A stretch of 64,000 nt of DNA from positions 1,364,961 to 1,428,960 of the forward strand of contig NW_019091358.1 of NCBI RefSeq assembly GCF_001949145.1. Direction: 5' to 3'. Both the position numbers and the translations under genes were made by a program. This document shows, piece after piece, positions 23,101 to 38,100 of the stretch (its first letter is position 1; every line of letters starts with the position of its first letter). Source of the stretch: Acanthaster planci (taxonomy: Eukaryota). The notes under the pieces are model-generated. The model was not told the DNA's origin. It did no database searches and saw only the letters and a list, made by a program, of their open reading frames with translations.

Positions 23101-26100
23101 TAAATGTACTTGAAGGTCACTACGGGATTATTAAGCATGAATAAAGAGCAAAAAAGGAAAATATGAATCACAATACTTTTTTCTAGACAATTTTATAAGG
23201 CAGAATTGATTTTGTGGTCGTGCTCACAATCTCGATGGTGACGCCACAAGTGCTCCAAGGGGGGCACTTGCATTACACTTAGCTGACAGATTTTGTGACA
23301 ATCATCCACGATTTCTACAGACCATATTTTGCCTTCTCATTTGCAATGCCATATTGTATAGCAAAGTACTGTTTGGTGTCGGACAAAATCCCCAGCATGC
23401 ACATTGGCATACATTGCCAGAAAAACTGCACTTATTTTGGCAGTGGTTGGTAAAGTGCTACTGTCTTTCGGGAAGAGACTATCAAGCAAGGGTGTGCATT
23501 GAACACTTCACTTGTGATGATTACAGGAAGTTCCAGCAATAGGAAATGGAGCTAGCAAAAAGGCTAAGAATGAAGCCCGATGTGGTGCCAAGTGTGTTCT
23601 GGAACGATGCTGAGGATTCCCCTCCCCACGCTTGTGGGCCTGATTTCGCACTTGCTGGTACCAAGTCTTTGCGCCGGCCTGTGAGCACTTGTGACATCAT
23701 CATCCAGATGTTGATTACGTGACCACTCATTAACTCCTCCTATGCTGAAGTCACTCTTTGGGTCACTTGGTAAACACCTCAAAGAAGCACAGCCGTGCCA
23801 TGTTGTGCACTGCACCAACTGTCCCTCACAGNNNNNNTGGCAATCTACTGTGTACACACTGAACCCGTGCATGTTTGAGTTCCATGTAGAAAAGACATGC
23901 TCACCAGTGACTGTGGGCATTTGTGCACATTTGTGCTGGAAAACCAAAGGAGGGTTAATGGCTGCATCCACAAAATCAGTTCTGCCTCATAAAAACTGTC
24001 CAGAAAAAAAATCACTTTAATTAATTGCTTCATATTTTCCTTTTTTGTTCTTTATTCATGCTTAACTAATCCTGTAGTGGTGATCTACATGTAAGTACAT
24101 TGTGCAATTTCGGCCTGATAAAGACAGTCTTTGTTTAAAGTGTTCGGAACTGCCTTGCTCCCTGCTGTCACATAGATTTGTTTGTTTGGTTTCCCTGAAT
24201 GATTTCTCATTACTAAAGGATACCCAGAATGCAAACCCCAGGCACCAGTACATAGATGAAGTGATTGAATGTGGTGTATCACTCAGCACCATCGATCTGA
24301 TCCTTGCTACAGATCCCAACGCAGAGGTATTAAATTCTATTCTTTCTGAGAACTTTTCTTACACTCTCCAACAAAATTTGGCTCAGTCAAAATGAGCACA
24401 TAATGGTTAAAGAATTAATAAACTTAACTGGTGTTTGTTAAACATATCCCCCAAATTTCCTTTCACTTTTCCGGTAAATTTTTAAAATTCGATCTATGGA
24501 AAAACTTCATTCCAAATCTTCATTGTGTCACCGTGTGAAGATAAATTTGGCTTGATTTTATTATTATTAATATACATGTATTGTTATTAGGTAATGTTTT
24601 GCTGGTACATTTCTTTCATAGGATTACACATAAAAGGCAATTCTAGTTTTGTCTCCCAGTCCTATGATGCATTGTGCATGTCCAAAAGATTTATCATTCC
24701 AAACATCAAAATATTTGGCAGAACAAAAATCTGCCGATGAAATTAGGCTATCATGACTCAGTGCAAATAGATGCCGACACCCAACCATGGACCACAAATT
24801 ATTCATAAATTGTCTTCAGTTTTCTGCCTGTGCATCTGTATAAACATTAAAATGTTTGAGATGTTTTCCAAGATATTTCAGCCAAAAGCCACCATTCACC
24901 AGGACCGGTGATGTGTGTTGAGAGAGTAATGCCAACTTCAGACTTTGGAGCCTACATGGCTTTTCATTATGTGCACTGTACTGTATGCAGCTATTGTGTG
25001 CTAATTGTCCATGTGCACCGATGCATAATCCACCATTTTGGTTCCAACTATTGAGACACTGATGCCACATTTCTCCCTATAAACAGCTCTGACCCGGACA
25101 GACCGAGGGCATATTCGAAACCCCGTTCTCGTGTTAGACGAACAAGAGAACGGGGTTTCGAACGGGAAGAATCAACACGCGAACATTGTCCGCGAACAAG
25201 ATTCTCACTCCTCACTCTCTGAGGAGTGGATGGAGAACATCAAGAACAAAGATGGCGGATACAGGCACATACCGTAACTTAATGTTGGTTCTGTTACATC
25301 AATAGAAAACACTCACAGAAAATAAACCCAGGGAAAATACTCCTGGCGATAGGAGAGAATTTACCCTGACCATTTAATATGAATATTTGGGGTTTTTATT
25401 TAATGTGAGATAGTAAATGTCATGCCATCTTTTCATTTGGTGTCAAAATAGCGACTGCTATCTTGACCTTCCGTGCAACTACATTCCTTTTGCACTTCGG
25501 TGTTCTTAATCAACGACCCAAGAACACTATTCATTAGTCCCACAAGAATGGGGTTTCGAATACGCCCCATTAACCAGATATGAAATTGATTTTACTTGAT
25601 AGGAGCTGCTGTTCAGGAGCATCCACAAGATAGCCCGAGAAGGTCATTACAAGCTGGCTGGCTACCTTGTTGATAAGGCTAGGAAGCTTAGTCGCCTTGG
25701 GTTCAATAAAGTCCACCAGGAGGTGAGTTTAGAATCAAGCCATTCAGTTTGCTCAAATACGCTTTAATATTTGTGCTGGTTCTTTTTTAATTCATTAAAA
25801 GCCGTGAAAAATGTTGTTATTTATAATTGTAGATCAGAAGCTGTTTGTTTCACCTGAAATTGAAATTTGCCCTTTGACCTTGAGGACCGAATGCCTATGC
25901 GCAGTAGCGTACAGTGTACACAACGGAATTGAGAACTGTTGATGAACAGTAGGAAGATATATATGCAGTGTTGGCAACCATAATGTTGAAGAAAGTAGTC
26001 TCCTGAATGTGTTCAGGAGAAGTTAATGCAGTTCATGAAGCATGAAACGTTATCCATCTGACACATAGTGTCTGCGTGGATAAAGTTGACTGTCGTAAAT

Positions 26101-29100
26101 TCTCCCCAGACTTGGGGTGTACTTCTTTTAGCAAGATAAAGGGTTGTAACATATGAGGAAGGCGTTTCAAAATCTCTTCTCACTAGGTCCTACTAGCAGA
26201 GCGGCCGGAGGACCTGTCTCCTTGCTTGACAATCTCGGTCAAGAAAAAGGCGTACTACGAAGTGGATAAGGTTAGTCTTTCTCTTAGGCATCGAATTGAG
26301 AATGACAATTGGCAAATGTGTACGTTCTCATCAGAGAGTGTTGTGTTACAGGGACAGTGTGTTTTTTTGCGATGAGCTAAGGAGACCTCCGCTGGGATTT
26401 GGGCGTGTGACGAACACTGTAAATGTGCTGTTGAGAAGAACCTATGTCATGCATATTCGATTGTCGCAGACACCCTTACTCTAACTGGCGTGCCTCTGAT
26501 GGACCTGTGTCTAATTTGGGGAAGCGGGTTAGCGTAGCGGTTCTTTCCTTGCTTTGCACCAATGAGGCCCGGGTTTGAGTCCCGGCTTGGCCCAGGCTGT
26601 AAGTGCATTTGGTTTCCAGCCCATACTTCCTCTCGCAGGTTTTCTCCAGGTACTCCAGCTTCCTCCTGCCTATAAAACCTGGTATTTATTGTGATTGAAA
26701 TACCGAATAAATCAATCCAATCAAGGGGATTCAATTTTTCTCCTGTCGTTAGATCACCCCGGTCCACTTTGCTGCTATAAACCCCAATCCCAAGATTCTG
26801 GAGAAGCTGATGTCCATTTTGCCGGAGTATGCCATCGAGGATGATTACGGTCTGAGACCAATCCACTATGCCGCTGCATGTGAAGGGAGCGGTCCACTTG
26901 AGTTCCTTCTGAAACGGTGAGAAACTTGACATTTTCCATGATGCTGTTTCACTTCAGTGTTCTATTTCAGTTTTGTGCTCTGCTGTACTTGAACCATGAG
27001 CAAGCTTGGCAGTTACCACAAACCCAAACAGAGCTGGGTTTTTTGGGACCATCTTGCCTCCAAAGTGTCAGTATCAAAGTATGTGTTCATTACAAATGCA
27101 CCTGCAAAACTTCAGTTCAGTAGGATTTAGTTGACATTCGTGGTTCATACACATGTCTCGGGCATGTTGGTCAACATGCATTGAGGACGTTGATGGGAAA
27201 GTTAACATTTTCGGCTGGTAGGTGACAAACATGGGTGTCTCACAGGAATTGTACGTATATATCTAATTTTCATAAATTTGGTGTCAAAACTTAGATATCA
27301 CCGGGAAAACTCCTGGAGGCTCAGCACACACAAAAGAAATGCATTGCAACAGTACTGGAGAAACCGTGACATTGTTAGTTCTTGGAAGCATCATACTCAT
27401 TTGCATAAATATGCAGTGTTTTATTCAAGTCCATCACAAGTCCTTTTACAAGTCCCTTCACAAGTCCAGTCGTAAGTCCCATCACAAGGCCAGTCCTTAA
27501 GTCACAGGGTGATCACTGACAAAAGAATGCCTTTGTCACAGCTCATTTGAATAGCTTGTGAATTGGTTTAAGACTGAATGACTTATGATGGACTTGTGAT
27601 GCAGGCCCGTGGGCTGGGGGGGTTCAAGGGATTCGAACGAACCCCCACCTCGCTTCTGAGTTCCCCTTGTTGGTGGTCTTTTTTTGTTTGTACTGAATAT
27701 TTTAAATATACCGTAATATTCGGCATACAAGCCACGGCTTATGCGTTGATTCTCAAGCTGATGGTGGCCACGATTCTGCATATTAATGAGTCAGTACCCA
27801 GTCATATGTCCCGTCAGGAAGTTCCGGCCAATATCCACATTTCAGGTGTTTCAAAGGGTTTGAAATCAATGTATTTTTCTTAAGTTTATTCAATATTGAA
27901 AACTACAGTGTACAAGTCTTACATGCAACCTTTGGTTCGCGACAGACATGCAACTTTCCAGTGTTGTTTTACAAAGCACATTGTTATAGGCCTTTGTATA
28001 AAAATATGTGTTCACAGTGCCAAAAGTTCCACTTTTGGTTTGATGAACCGCCCCAGTCTCTGGTCAGGCAACGGGCCTGGATGGTACAGGGACTTGTAGG
28101 GATTTGTGATGAACTCAACTACATGACTGTTAATATGTAAGTCAGGGATTAAGGAATTTGAGTTACCATGATTATGATTGTCTGCAGTTTATAAACTAGA
28201 AATGTTTACAGTGTACTGTACTAGTGCACAGGCACAAGGTACACTGAGAATTAACCACTGACTTAAAGTAGTGGTCCTTCATCAAATTTCCTCCATGCAC
28301 AGTATTCTGTAACCTGTCCAGGAAGTGTTAAAATGACCAGGTTGTTTGCTACCTGTGGACTTTCCAAGTCAGTAGTCTGGGAACTAAACAAACAGGCACT
28401 GATGACGGTTAGCCCTATTGGTTCCACCAACTTCTGTCTTAGGTTTGCTAAAGTAGTTTACAGTAGAAATTACAGCTCACCTCTGAAATATTGCTTCTAC
28501 CACACCAGTGCTTGATAATTTTTCAGAAAAAAAATACAAGCTTATCGAAAAATCATCTTGACCGTAGAGGTGTGAATCCGGAAGAGAAGCACAAGGGAGG
28601 CGTCACCCCACTAATGATTGCCTCAAAACGTGGACGAGCACAGAACGTTGAGGTCCTACTCAAGAAGATTGAAGCTGACAGTGAGTGTCATTTAGCCAGT
28701 GTATAGCCATTCCATTGGATAGGCATTTAATTGTGGAGGGAAAGAGGAGGAAAAAATAAATATTACTTCCAGAGATATAATTGGTCTTTGTCTGTGATCT
28801 CAGAGCAAGACAATTTGTGCTTGATTTGAAGAACCAACTGCCAGGGGTGAGATTTCTCAGCTTTTTTTTAGCTGATTTCAGCTTTTTTTGTTTTGGATTT
28901 CAGCTTTTTTTCTCACTGGCTGTGTTCAAAAGTATAGGAGATTTTCACAGTTCAGTTACTTTATGCCTTTTTTTTGGCTGTTTTCAGCAATTTTTATCGT
29001 TGGTCAATCTCACCCCTGAACTGCAGTCAACTTTTGTTTTCGTAGTCTGAACTGGGTTTTGATAAAAGTTTCCACATTCCCTTGGGCGATTCTTTTCCTG

Positions 29101-32100
29101 ACCATATTTTGGTGTACTGAGGACCACAGTAGAAGGGGATTTTGGAAGTAGCCATCAGCCAAAATCGATCCAAGTAATGGCAGAGATTAAGATTTTGATC
29201 CAGTGTCTGACATTTTCCAACCACACTTACCCCGTTTGTCAGAACAAAGTTGGACAGCGCCTTGCAATTGACAGATTGGTAATTGGTAAATGGTAGTCAA
29301 AAGCGGACGATGTCCAGCCCTTTTTTTATGTCTGATTCTTAACCTCTGAAGGCTGTCTTCTTTGATCCGAGTCCTGAAGCTAAAGGGCAGAGATTTACTT
29401 TTCCTTTTTTTTTTTTTTTTTGGTAGGTGAGCCAAATGAGCAGACTGGGGTACGACGGAAGACAGCAGGGGGAAATCTGGCTATTCATTTTGCAGCTGAA
29501 GGGGGGAACGTCGTAAGTGCTTTTTTGCCATTACTTGCTAATGCGGTTTCATTTCTTTAAATGAAATGGGTCACGTGGACCACATGGCCCAGCCAGGGCG
29601 CATTTTGTTCAAATACCAGACAATTGCTGAAGCACCAGCGGTCGCAGATCATCTCCATTTAGCCTTTCATTTGTCACATGATCTTGCCCCATGATGTGGC
29701 TTTTTCCTTCGAAATGTTTCTAAGTTTTGCATGTATACCAAGAACCCTTGAGTCAGTCCCCACCAGCTTCGCATCTTTGCCATTGAGGGGGTACTTCTTC
29801 TTAGCACAGATAGACTTCATGAGCTCTAGTGTATGGAACAGTGTTCAAACATTGATTCACTCGTATACACATTTAACCAAAAAGTAGCCAAGAAGGTGTC
29901 ATATACTGTTCACTTGGTGAACGACTAGTTCTTGGCTGTCACAAGTCTTGGTTTCTGGGACTAGTCGTAGCCAGTGCATGACTTGTTCTTTGATTAATAA
30001 CGGATTAGTAGTCATTGGGGCAGGATTTTTGGAAGTGATAAAAGAGATCAATAGTTTGGACCTCATTGATAAATGTTTGTGCTCCCCTCCTTTGTAAAAT
30101 TGCAGGATTGCATCCGTAGTCTAGTCAACCATGGAGCTGACATCGAGTCCAAGATGGGGTCTTACCACAACAAGATCACCCCTCTCATGATAGCTACGAA
30201 ATACGGTCACTTTGAGCTGGTGGAAGCCCTGCTAGACATGGGAGCGGTCATCCAGCAGAAAGGTATGGTCTGAATGAACGTCCTGTGGGCTCGGCAAATC
30301 TTTGAACCTGCCTTGTAATACACACATTCATGATTCTGTGACGGAACTTTTTTCGTTGTGGGTGTGATACTTGCTTGTACTGAGTTTTGTGCAAACCCCT
30401 GGCATCTGCGTGCGAGATGAACACAACCAAGTCTAGCTGCATGGCCACAGCTCGCTTTTCAAGCCGTTTTGGTATTTTACACTCGCAGTTTTCATCAGTT
30501 CAGACTTGATTTGTGATTCAGTGAAATTGCCCTCCTTTTTTTAATACGAAAGTTCGTCACCATTGGGTGTAGATTTTTATTAGCAGTGGGAATGAAGGTA
30601 ACCGTATGCATTTCGTGTTTGATTTTTAAAGCGATTTGGTTTCCATTAACACCTACCCAAAAGGTGAGATACTGAAGGAAATGACCATACATCAAAAGAA
30701 AGGGTATGAATTTGGGTGTTATTTATTTTTAACTTCATTTTCTGCTTAAAAGGTTTTGGCCCAAAATTCTCATTCTTGCATGAACATTTTTAGGCAGGCC
30801 CTGGCAGCCGCATGTTTTAACGGGCCTGAGCTGAGAAGTGACTGAAATCACCATACCAATTGACCAGTGTGAAGAGCATTTTGAGTGGACCCTGTGGTCA
30901 CGGTGGTGTTCGTTAATGGCTTTGTCCCCTACTGATTCCATATCAAAGAATTTTTTTTTAAATGCGATGCGAAGAGTGTCTGAATTTTTTATTCTGCTTC
31001 TAGCAATATCCAACTTGGACAAACAGAAGTCGTTTTGAGTTCTGCTCATATATAAACCAACTCCAGCAAAAATTACCTGTTGCATTGCACAGCACTAGGA
31101 CTCTTTTTAAATAAAGCTAGAAATGATGATGTCACAAAACAACTCCTTAATCAGCATTCGGACCTGTTTTGCATTCAGCGGCTTCCCCACATCGTAATTG
31201 TGATTCTATTGTGATATTATTGAGCAGTGGTCATAAAATGCCCATTACAGATTCGCCCAGTTACTGGTTAGAAAGCATGCAGCAGCATTCAAGAAAATTT
31301 CCAAAAAGGTTGCTCTTGACTCATCTTTGGAAATGACCATTTTTCGTAATTTTCTTCAAAATAAAAGCCTGCCGAAGTGATAACTTCACAGGGAGTTTAG
31401 GGTCATTGCTTAATTTAATCTAATGATAATATAATCGTGTGATTTACTGTAAACCTCGGATAAGTCAGATTTATTTATTGTCGGATTTTCACTTACCTCA
31501 GAGAAAGTTGCTTGGAACATTTGATTGTTTATGTTGTTCGTATTAAATTCCTGGTCTAAGTCACATCATGAAAGTTGGATATTCACTTTTCTTGAACAAA
31601 TCAACCTGGACCATTTGTTAAAATACTGTAATTTTTACCTCTTTTAAGTCAAATTGACCTTTTTAAAATATTTTTGTACATGTATTCATTGCAGTAAACA
31701 GGGGAATCTTTGGAATTTTCAGTATTTTCTGGTCCAAATCAATCATTTTGGCACCGGCTCCGCTGGGTTTTCACAGCAGCAATACATGTCACGACACGTC
31801 ATGTGGACCACACGTGTACACATTGAACTTTTTAGTAGCAGCCAATAACCTTTCCCTGAGCTCCATCTCTTGCTCCACTCCTTTTACCGTACTGAATTAA
31901 CGAACTTGATTTCCGGCCAGCGAAATCACAGTCTGTGTGCCCACATGATCAAAGACTGCATTTTTGATTGGATAAGGTGGCTTGGCTAAGCACGGCTCGC
32001 GAAGTATTTGTACATTATGACTGCTCTGCTCAAGGTACGGTACTAACTCATGTGGCACAATTGGTGAAACGTGCTTTGATTTTCTGTTGTACAGTACATG

Positions 32101-35100
32101 TATGTGTAGTGTGGAAATAAATCATGTTTGATGTCGGAAACAATGCATTATTACTTTATTTCATGCCTTGTGGGCTGTGGCCATTATATGGCTGGCAGTG
32201 AATGACTGAGTAAAATGCATGTTGTCATCTTCGTGTGCGTCAGTATTAGTCAGGTTTTTGCCTAAATCAGATCAAATCGGTCTGTCCCATTGGATCTGAC
32301 TTATCCGAGGTTAAATGTACATGTAGCTATAAATGGTCCACTCTAGCTTTTCTTGACAATACATGTAGTTATCCCCCAGCTGTTGCATATATACAGTATC
32401 ATCATTGGCAATTTTTTTTTTTGACGTTCAGACAAATTCAACCGGACTGCCCTGATGCTGGCCTGCATGAATGGCAACTACCCAATTACGGCCCTCCTTC
32501 TGAGGAGAGGAGCCGACCCCAATTCCCAGGATTCCTCAGGCAACACTGCCACGCACTACGCTGCTGCTTATGGCTGGTGGCACTGCCTCAACCTACTGCT
32601 GGAGGCGGGTGCTGACCCAAACGTCCCCAATGATTGGAAGGTATGACAGCTGCAGTGGGTCCTTGCAATAAAATTGACTCAGAAAGTCTTCTTATGCAAC
32701 TCCTCTTGAATCTGAAATATTTGACACTTCATGTTGAAAAGAGCACTTTTTAAACCTTTAAAATTGTCCGTGCCTTTTGGGACAGCTGAGGGTACTATTG
32801 GTATAATATCATTCAGGGAAAACTCTGTTCAGTTTCTGTTCAAAATGTGAATGTGAAAATTGATTCCAAAATACCTTTTAACATTGAATGAAAATTGAAT
32901 TAAGGTTAATTAACACAGAATGTTGCATTTTCAAGTGTGGTAAAAGTTTGCACAGTACAGACCTTTAACCTCTGAACCCATGTCGAATCAAATGGGGACA
33001 GCCTTCTTACTTTGGGTTTTTTTAAAAAAGGGATGCAGTGATCGGTATGTTTAATTGAAAAAGATTATATATTGAAAGAAATACGACTCCTAAGTGACTT
33101 GCCTGGCAGCATGAAAACTTTGGGCTCTGAAGCAACTTAAAAACAACTCAACTTGTACCGGTAGCTTAGAAAGCTTTGTATAGGGACCTATTGCATATTT
33201 CTATTGCATGCATTTTTCTATAAAGCAATCATGATTATTAACCACTTCTTGCCCGTTGCAGTTATCAATGTTAATGATGCTAGGGCGGGATAATTTCCTT
33301 TTCTTTTTTTTTTTCAAAATTGGTTTTCAAAATTCATATCTTCATTTACTGGACACTTACACCCACACAAAGGACTGTCTTGTTTCTACTCTAATCTGAC
33401 AGACAACATCTATTGATGCTGGAGTATTTCAGCCAGGCCTGCCGCCTTGTAAAAAGAGCCCAGATTGTGCGGTGTTATATAACTTTCTTTTGTTCACGAA
33501 CCTTGCTCAGTGCACTGCTGACCTCTTTTCAATAGGGGCCAGATTAGCATGCAGCGGTGCTGTGTGGCTCATCGCTGCAGTAGTGGAGCGCTTTTGTCGC
33601 CGGTGGTAATCCGCTCACTCTAAATGCCCCAAACCGTGGTATACTGTTTCAAAACAAGGCTGGATTATCTCCACTATGGAGAGTAAAAAAATGTCGGTAA
33701 TTCCCAGCAGCCTGGTCTTTTGTTCCGAGTACGGTCTTTTCTTACTTGGTCCAGTTCCTTTGTCTGAGTTCGGAGACCCCGGCCACGCATATAAAGTACA
33801 CGTGTCCCGTACCGGAATCCCCGGCAGGAAGTGGTTATTGTGAAAGCTTGCTTTGGCCCTCTGAAACAATACATTATTTTCGTTAATATGAAAAGCCTGT
33901 TGAAAAACAAGTGCTGTATCTCTTGCCTACCTGTGGCTTGATAGTCCATGCTGTATGTATGTACACATCTCTGGCAGGGCCACATTAGTTTTAAAAACAA
34001 TGACCACATCTACTATACTTCCTGTGGACTTGTCGCTATCTCGTCATCACAGACTCCACCCCTGGGCGTGGCCTTCATGAAGGGCCACATCGGCTGTTCG
34101 GACCTGCTGCTGGGCCAGTCGGCTGTGGATGTCAACTTCCGAGACAACAGCGGCGCCACCATGCTGTCACTGACCGCAGCCAGCCCCATGACCAGCGACA
34201 TGGTTGGGCAGATGCACTACCTGATGGGGAAGAAGGCCGACCTGACCCTGGTGGACATTCACGGCCGGAACGCGGTATGCACCCATTAATCATTGCCCAT
34301 TCATAGGGCCTCATTCCCAAGGGAACTTCTCGAAAGTTGTTTTGTGTACTCCACCCCCGATACACTCCTTATGGAACACTACTAGTTTCCTCTTGGAATT
34401 TTGCCATGTTCCGAAGTAAAGCATGCAAGAGCATTGACCACGCATCCCATTCAGGAACAGGCCTTGTTCCCAGTGGTAACTGCAGGCATTCCCAATTACC
34501 AGTTATAGGGCAATGTTCTTGTTGGATCTGTAGTTTTCTAACTCTTGAGACACTCCCTAATTTGTAATGGATCGTGTAAAACGTGACCAACTTTTCAATG
34601 AAATTCATTTTTTTGGGATACAGCATCCACCTTGTTAAATGCGCCAAATTCCACGCAGGGAGATTTTTTTACTGGCAAGAATGTGGCTAGAGGGATGCTT
34701 CAGTAATTGTGTTCCAGACCTCTAATGCACATTCTCTTCCTCACATGGAATAGGCCTAAAACATAATGATGTAACGTAATGTTTACTGCAGTGCATTGTG
34801 GGTGAAAAGGGGGGATAGAAATCAAAGATGGCGGGCCTGATCATCAGTCATGCAAGCCTTTGTGCAACTTTAGACAGAGCAAACTTGCGGTCTCGTGGAA
34901 GCTTGAAAAAAAATGCAGCTTTGGTGTTCGTTGTATGCTTGACACACATAATGGCACACTGCAGCTAATACAAGCCATTTTAGAAAGTAAAGGCCTTTTC
35001 AAACTTTTTATTTTTGACAACTTTCCATGCGCTTGATGTTTTAGCAGTAGCATGCGTACTATCGTCCTTACCTTTCACCCGCAATGCATCATGGTAAACA

Positions 35101-38100
35101 CTGCATTATGCCAAGTTTGAGTTCTAGTTTTAAGTCTGTGCTGAACATGATTACCAGCAGGGGTATCTCCTTGCAAATCACTAATCTCCAAGATGACGAT
35201 TTGCTTGCTTCAAATGTATGACCGTCTCACTAGGAATCTGTCGCAATCTATACCGAAGATTATTTTGGTTTGCCACAACATAATAGCTTCTTCAATCCTC
35301 TTTGACCCTGTGTAGCTTCACTACTTGGCAACAAGCGGTTTACCCAGCAGTTACAATGTAAGTTCATTGGGATACTTTTTGACTTACCAAATGTAGAAAC
35401 CTTAACTACACATAACTGACAATCTGAGTTGGCCATCATTATTTAAAAATACTTTGGGAAAATCACGATACCTGCAAATGTTATTTGTTTCTGAAAAAAA
35501 AAAGTTTCTTTCAATTTGTCCATGTTACATAGACCCCTGCAGTTTTGACTTGTACAGCCGTCATAAGGCATATTGTCTTACACAGCATTTCCGAACAATT
35601 CCATGTAATTTGTGGGTTGATTTTGCAGGATAAGATCAAAAATGCTGTGGAGACTGCCAAACTGGATATGGCCAAGTTACTGATCCAGAAAGGATGCAAT
35701 GCCTCGGCCAGAGACAAAGATGGAAACACTCCCATCAACATTGCCCTGCAAGAGGTACATGTCTTTCCGGTACTTGAAGGGTCTTTGAGATGCATCTGTT
35801 TTACTACAAACCTTGAAAATGCACCATTGTGCTTCAGTTTTTGTGGCTGTTTTTGCAGCTTTTTGGTTTTCATGCTAATTCAGATTTCGATATGCCAGAG
35901 CAAAACTGTGATGTTATTCCAGGGAGAACACTTCAATGCTGCATTAATTTGTTCACCAAAAATGCAAGGAATTTTTGATTTGTGTACTTTGCTGCTCTAA
36001 AGTTGCCTTTTTTGATGATTCGTTGATTTTTAAGTACATGGCAATAAGCCAACGAGCAATGTTGACCTTTCTTAGAAACGCTTTCAGTTAGTAAACTTTG
36101 GGCTCGCAATTTGAACAGAAAAACATGCTAATTTTGAGCAGGGTTTTCCTGATTGACATCACAGCAACAGGAGCCTTCTGTTGTCCAGAAAAGTATGGAC
36201 AATTTTAAATGCTTAAAAAAGTGGACTTTTCATAATAACTCCAAGAGCCTATCAAATTCGTTTCAGACATTGAAGAAAATTATCAAGTCACAAAGACAGT
36301 GAATCTAAGAAAATTCGATCACCTGGGCTCTCTAATGGATAATCTAGTGTAAACAGTTATAAGTGCATGTTTGCCAGTGTTGACAATCAAGGCAATATCT
36401 CACTCACTGGGCCAATGTTTTCACATTCATTCATGTCCCATGACCAATCTTTTTGAAGCTTGGCAGGCATGCAAAGATATCCATTAAAAACTGTGAAGTT
36501 AACATTCATAGGACATTAACAAAGAACATAGGGTTTTGTTTCTATGGTCATAAATAGTATGCACAAACAGTGGGCCCGGTTTTCATAAAAACAGTTTCAA
36601 AACAATTTGCAATCAACAAACTTCCGAGGCTCAGCATGATAAGAAAAAAATCGCACTGCGGTGGGAGCACAGAGAATGTACAGAGAGAGTGGATTCACCT
36701 CTACCTTTCTAGCTCTTTTCCAGGTTAAGATGCTAATTGTGTTTGGCTTCACACTTCTTTTTAGGCTGGGAGCGGTTCCATGGAACTGGTCAAACTGCTG
36801 CTGGACGAAGGGTCCAGCCTGTCCCTGAAGGAGAGAGAGGACGATGGGGGAAATGCTCTGCACACCATGGCCAGGAACTGTAGGAACATGAACATGGGTG
36901 TGCTGTTACCCATCGCTGCTAGGAATGTAAGTGTTGAGTGACAGTGAAATACTGCTTATTGACGGAGGACAGCAATTGTTTGGGCTGCCCAGGGGTGAGA
37001 GTTCTCGGGATCTTTCTAAATTTCAGGATTTCAGATGCCCTCGGTGGACATATTTATGCCGAATGCACCACTGAATGAATGATTGTTCCAAAATCTTGGA
37101 TTTTTATGGGTGCAGTCATTCAAGTTTGCTATTTTTTTTCACTTTGTTCTACCAAAAATCCAAGTGCAAGGTTCACTTGGAAAAGGAAATTTTGAAGTGG
37201 TATCCAATGCAGTCATTGTAACCATGGCAAAATGGGAATAGTGGTGCTGCACGTATTTAAGAGTTAAGGGTCAGAAAGAAGTGGCTAAATGCAACCATGT
37301 AGAGTACTGAAGTGTGACGTCACTGTGAACCCTAAAGAGCATTGCAAACAAATGGAGTACGCGCGTGTTGGTTCACGCGCTGGTTCTTGCGCTGATGCCT
37401 TTTACACACTAATTGTGGGTGCGACGTATTCTTTTCGGTACTCTCCCAGCAACTGTGAAACCTACTGTGATTGATGCAAAGACGAGCATGTTTCTACGAT
37501 GGTTCTGCATGAGTGTCACATCTTTGGATTGGACATTGTACCACGAGGTTCAGGGTGTCATCCAGGAAGAACGTATTTGCTTGTCCTTTCGTATGCAGTG
37601 TTAAAAATTGCCTGTCCACGCCCACGGCAAACCTTTGGAAACTGTTATCCCCTGGAGCTATCTGAGGCCATATTTTTATTATGCCAAGTACTGTTAGTAG
37701 AGTTATAAAGATTTATTCACCAGTGTTAAAGAATTGTGATTTGTAAAATTACTATTACTTCTGTAGAAGCAAAAAGTGCCTGTCCTCAGGCCATGACAAT
37801 TTTTTTTTTAGCTTGTCCGATTGCGCAGGCCATATCATAAATTTGCTTGCCCTAATTAGATCAACACTTACCCCAAGACTTCTCTGAATCCACCATTATT
37901 ATGTTTATTTAATTTAGGCCTACTGCATGCATGCAGTCTTTTATTAGGCCCCCAAAATAGTTGTGCTTCCAATTACATGCCTCTTAAAAATAGGGTCGGT
38001 AGGTTGGAAATTTTTTGTTTTTGGTCAATTTTTTTTTCCTGATTGAATGGCATGAACGGGGACGACAGCTTCCAAAATTATCTCAAAAAAGTGATAAACA

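Noticed and set aside
26517..26590. tRNA gene (also at about 14170 and 21385)
   Set aside because: A/B boxes are present, but there is no complete cloverleaf and SINE core sequence follows, so these are treated as SINE heads.
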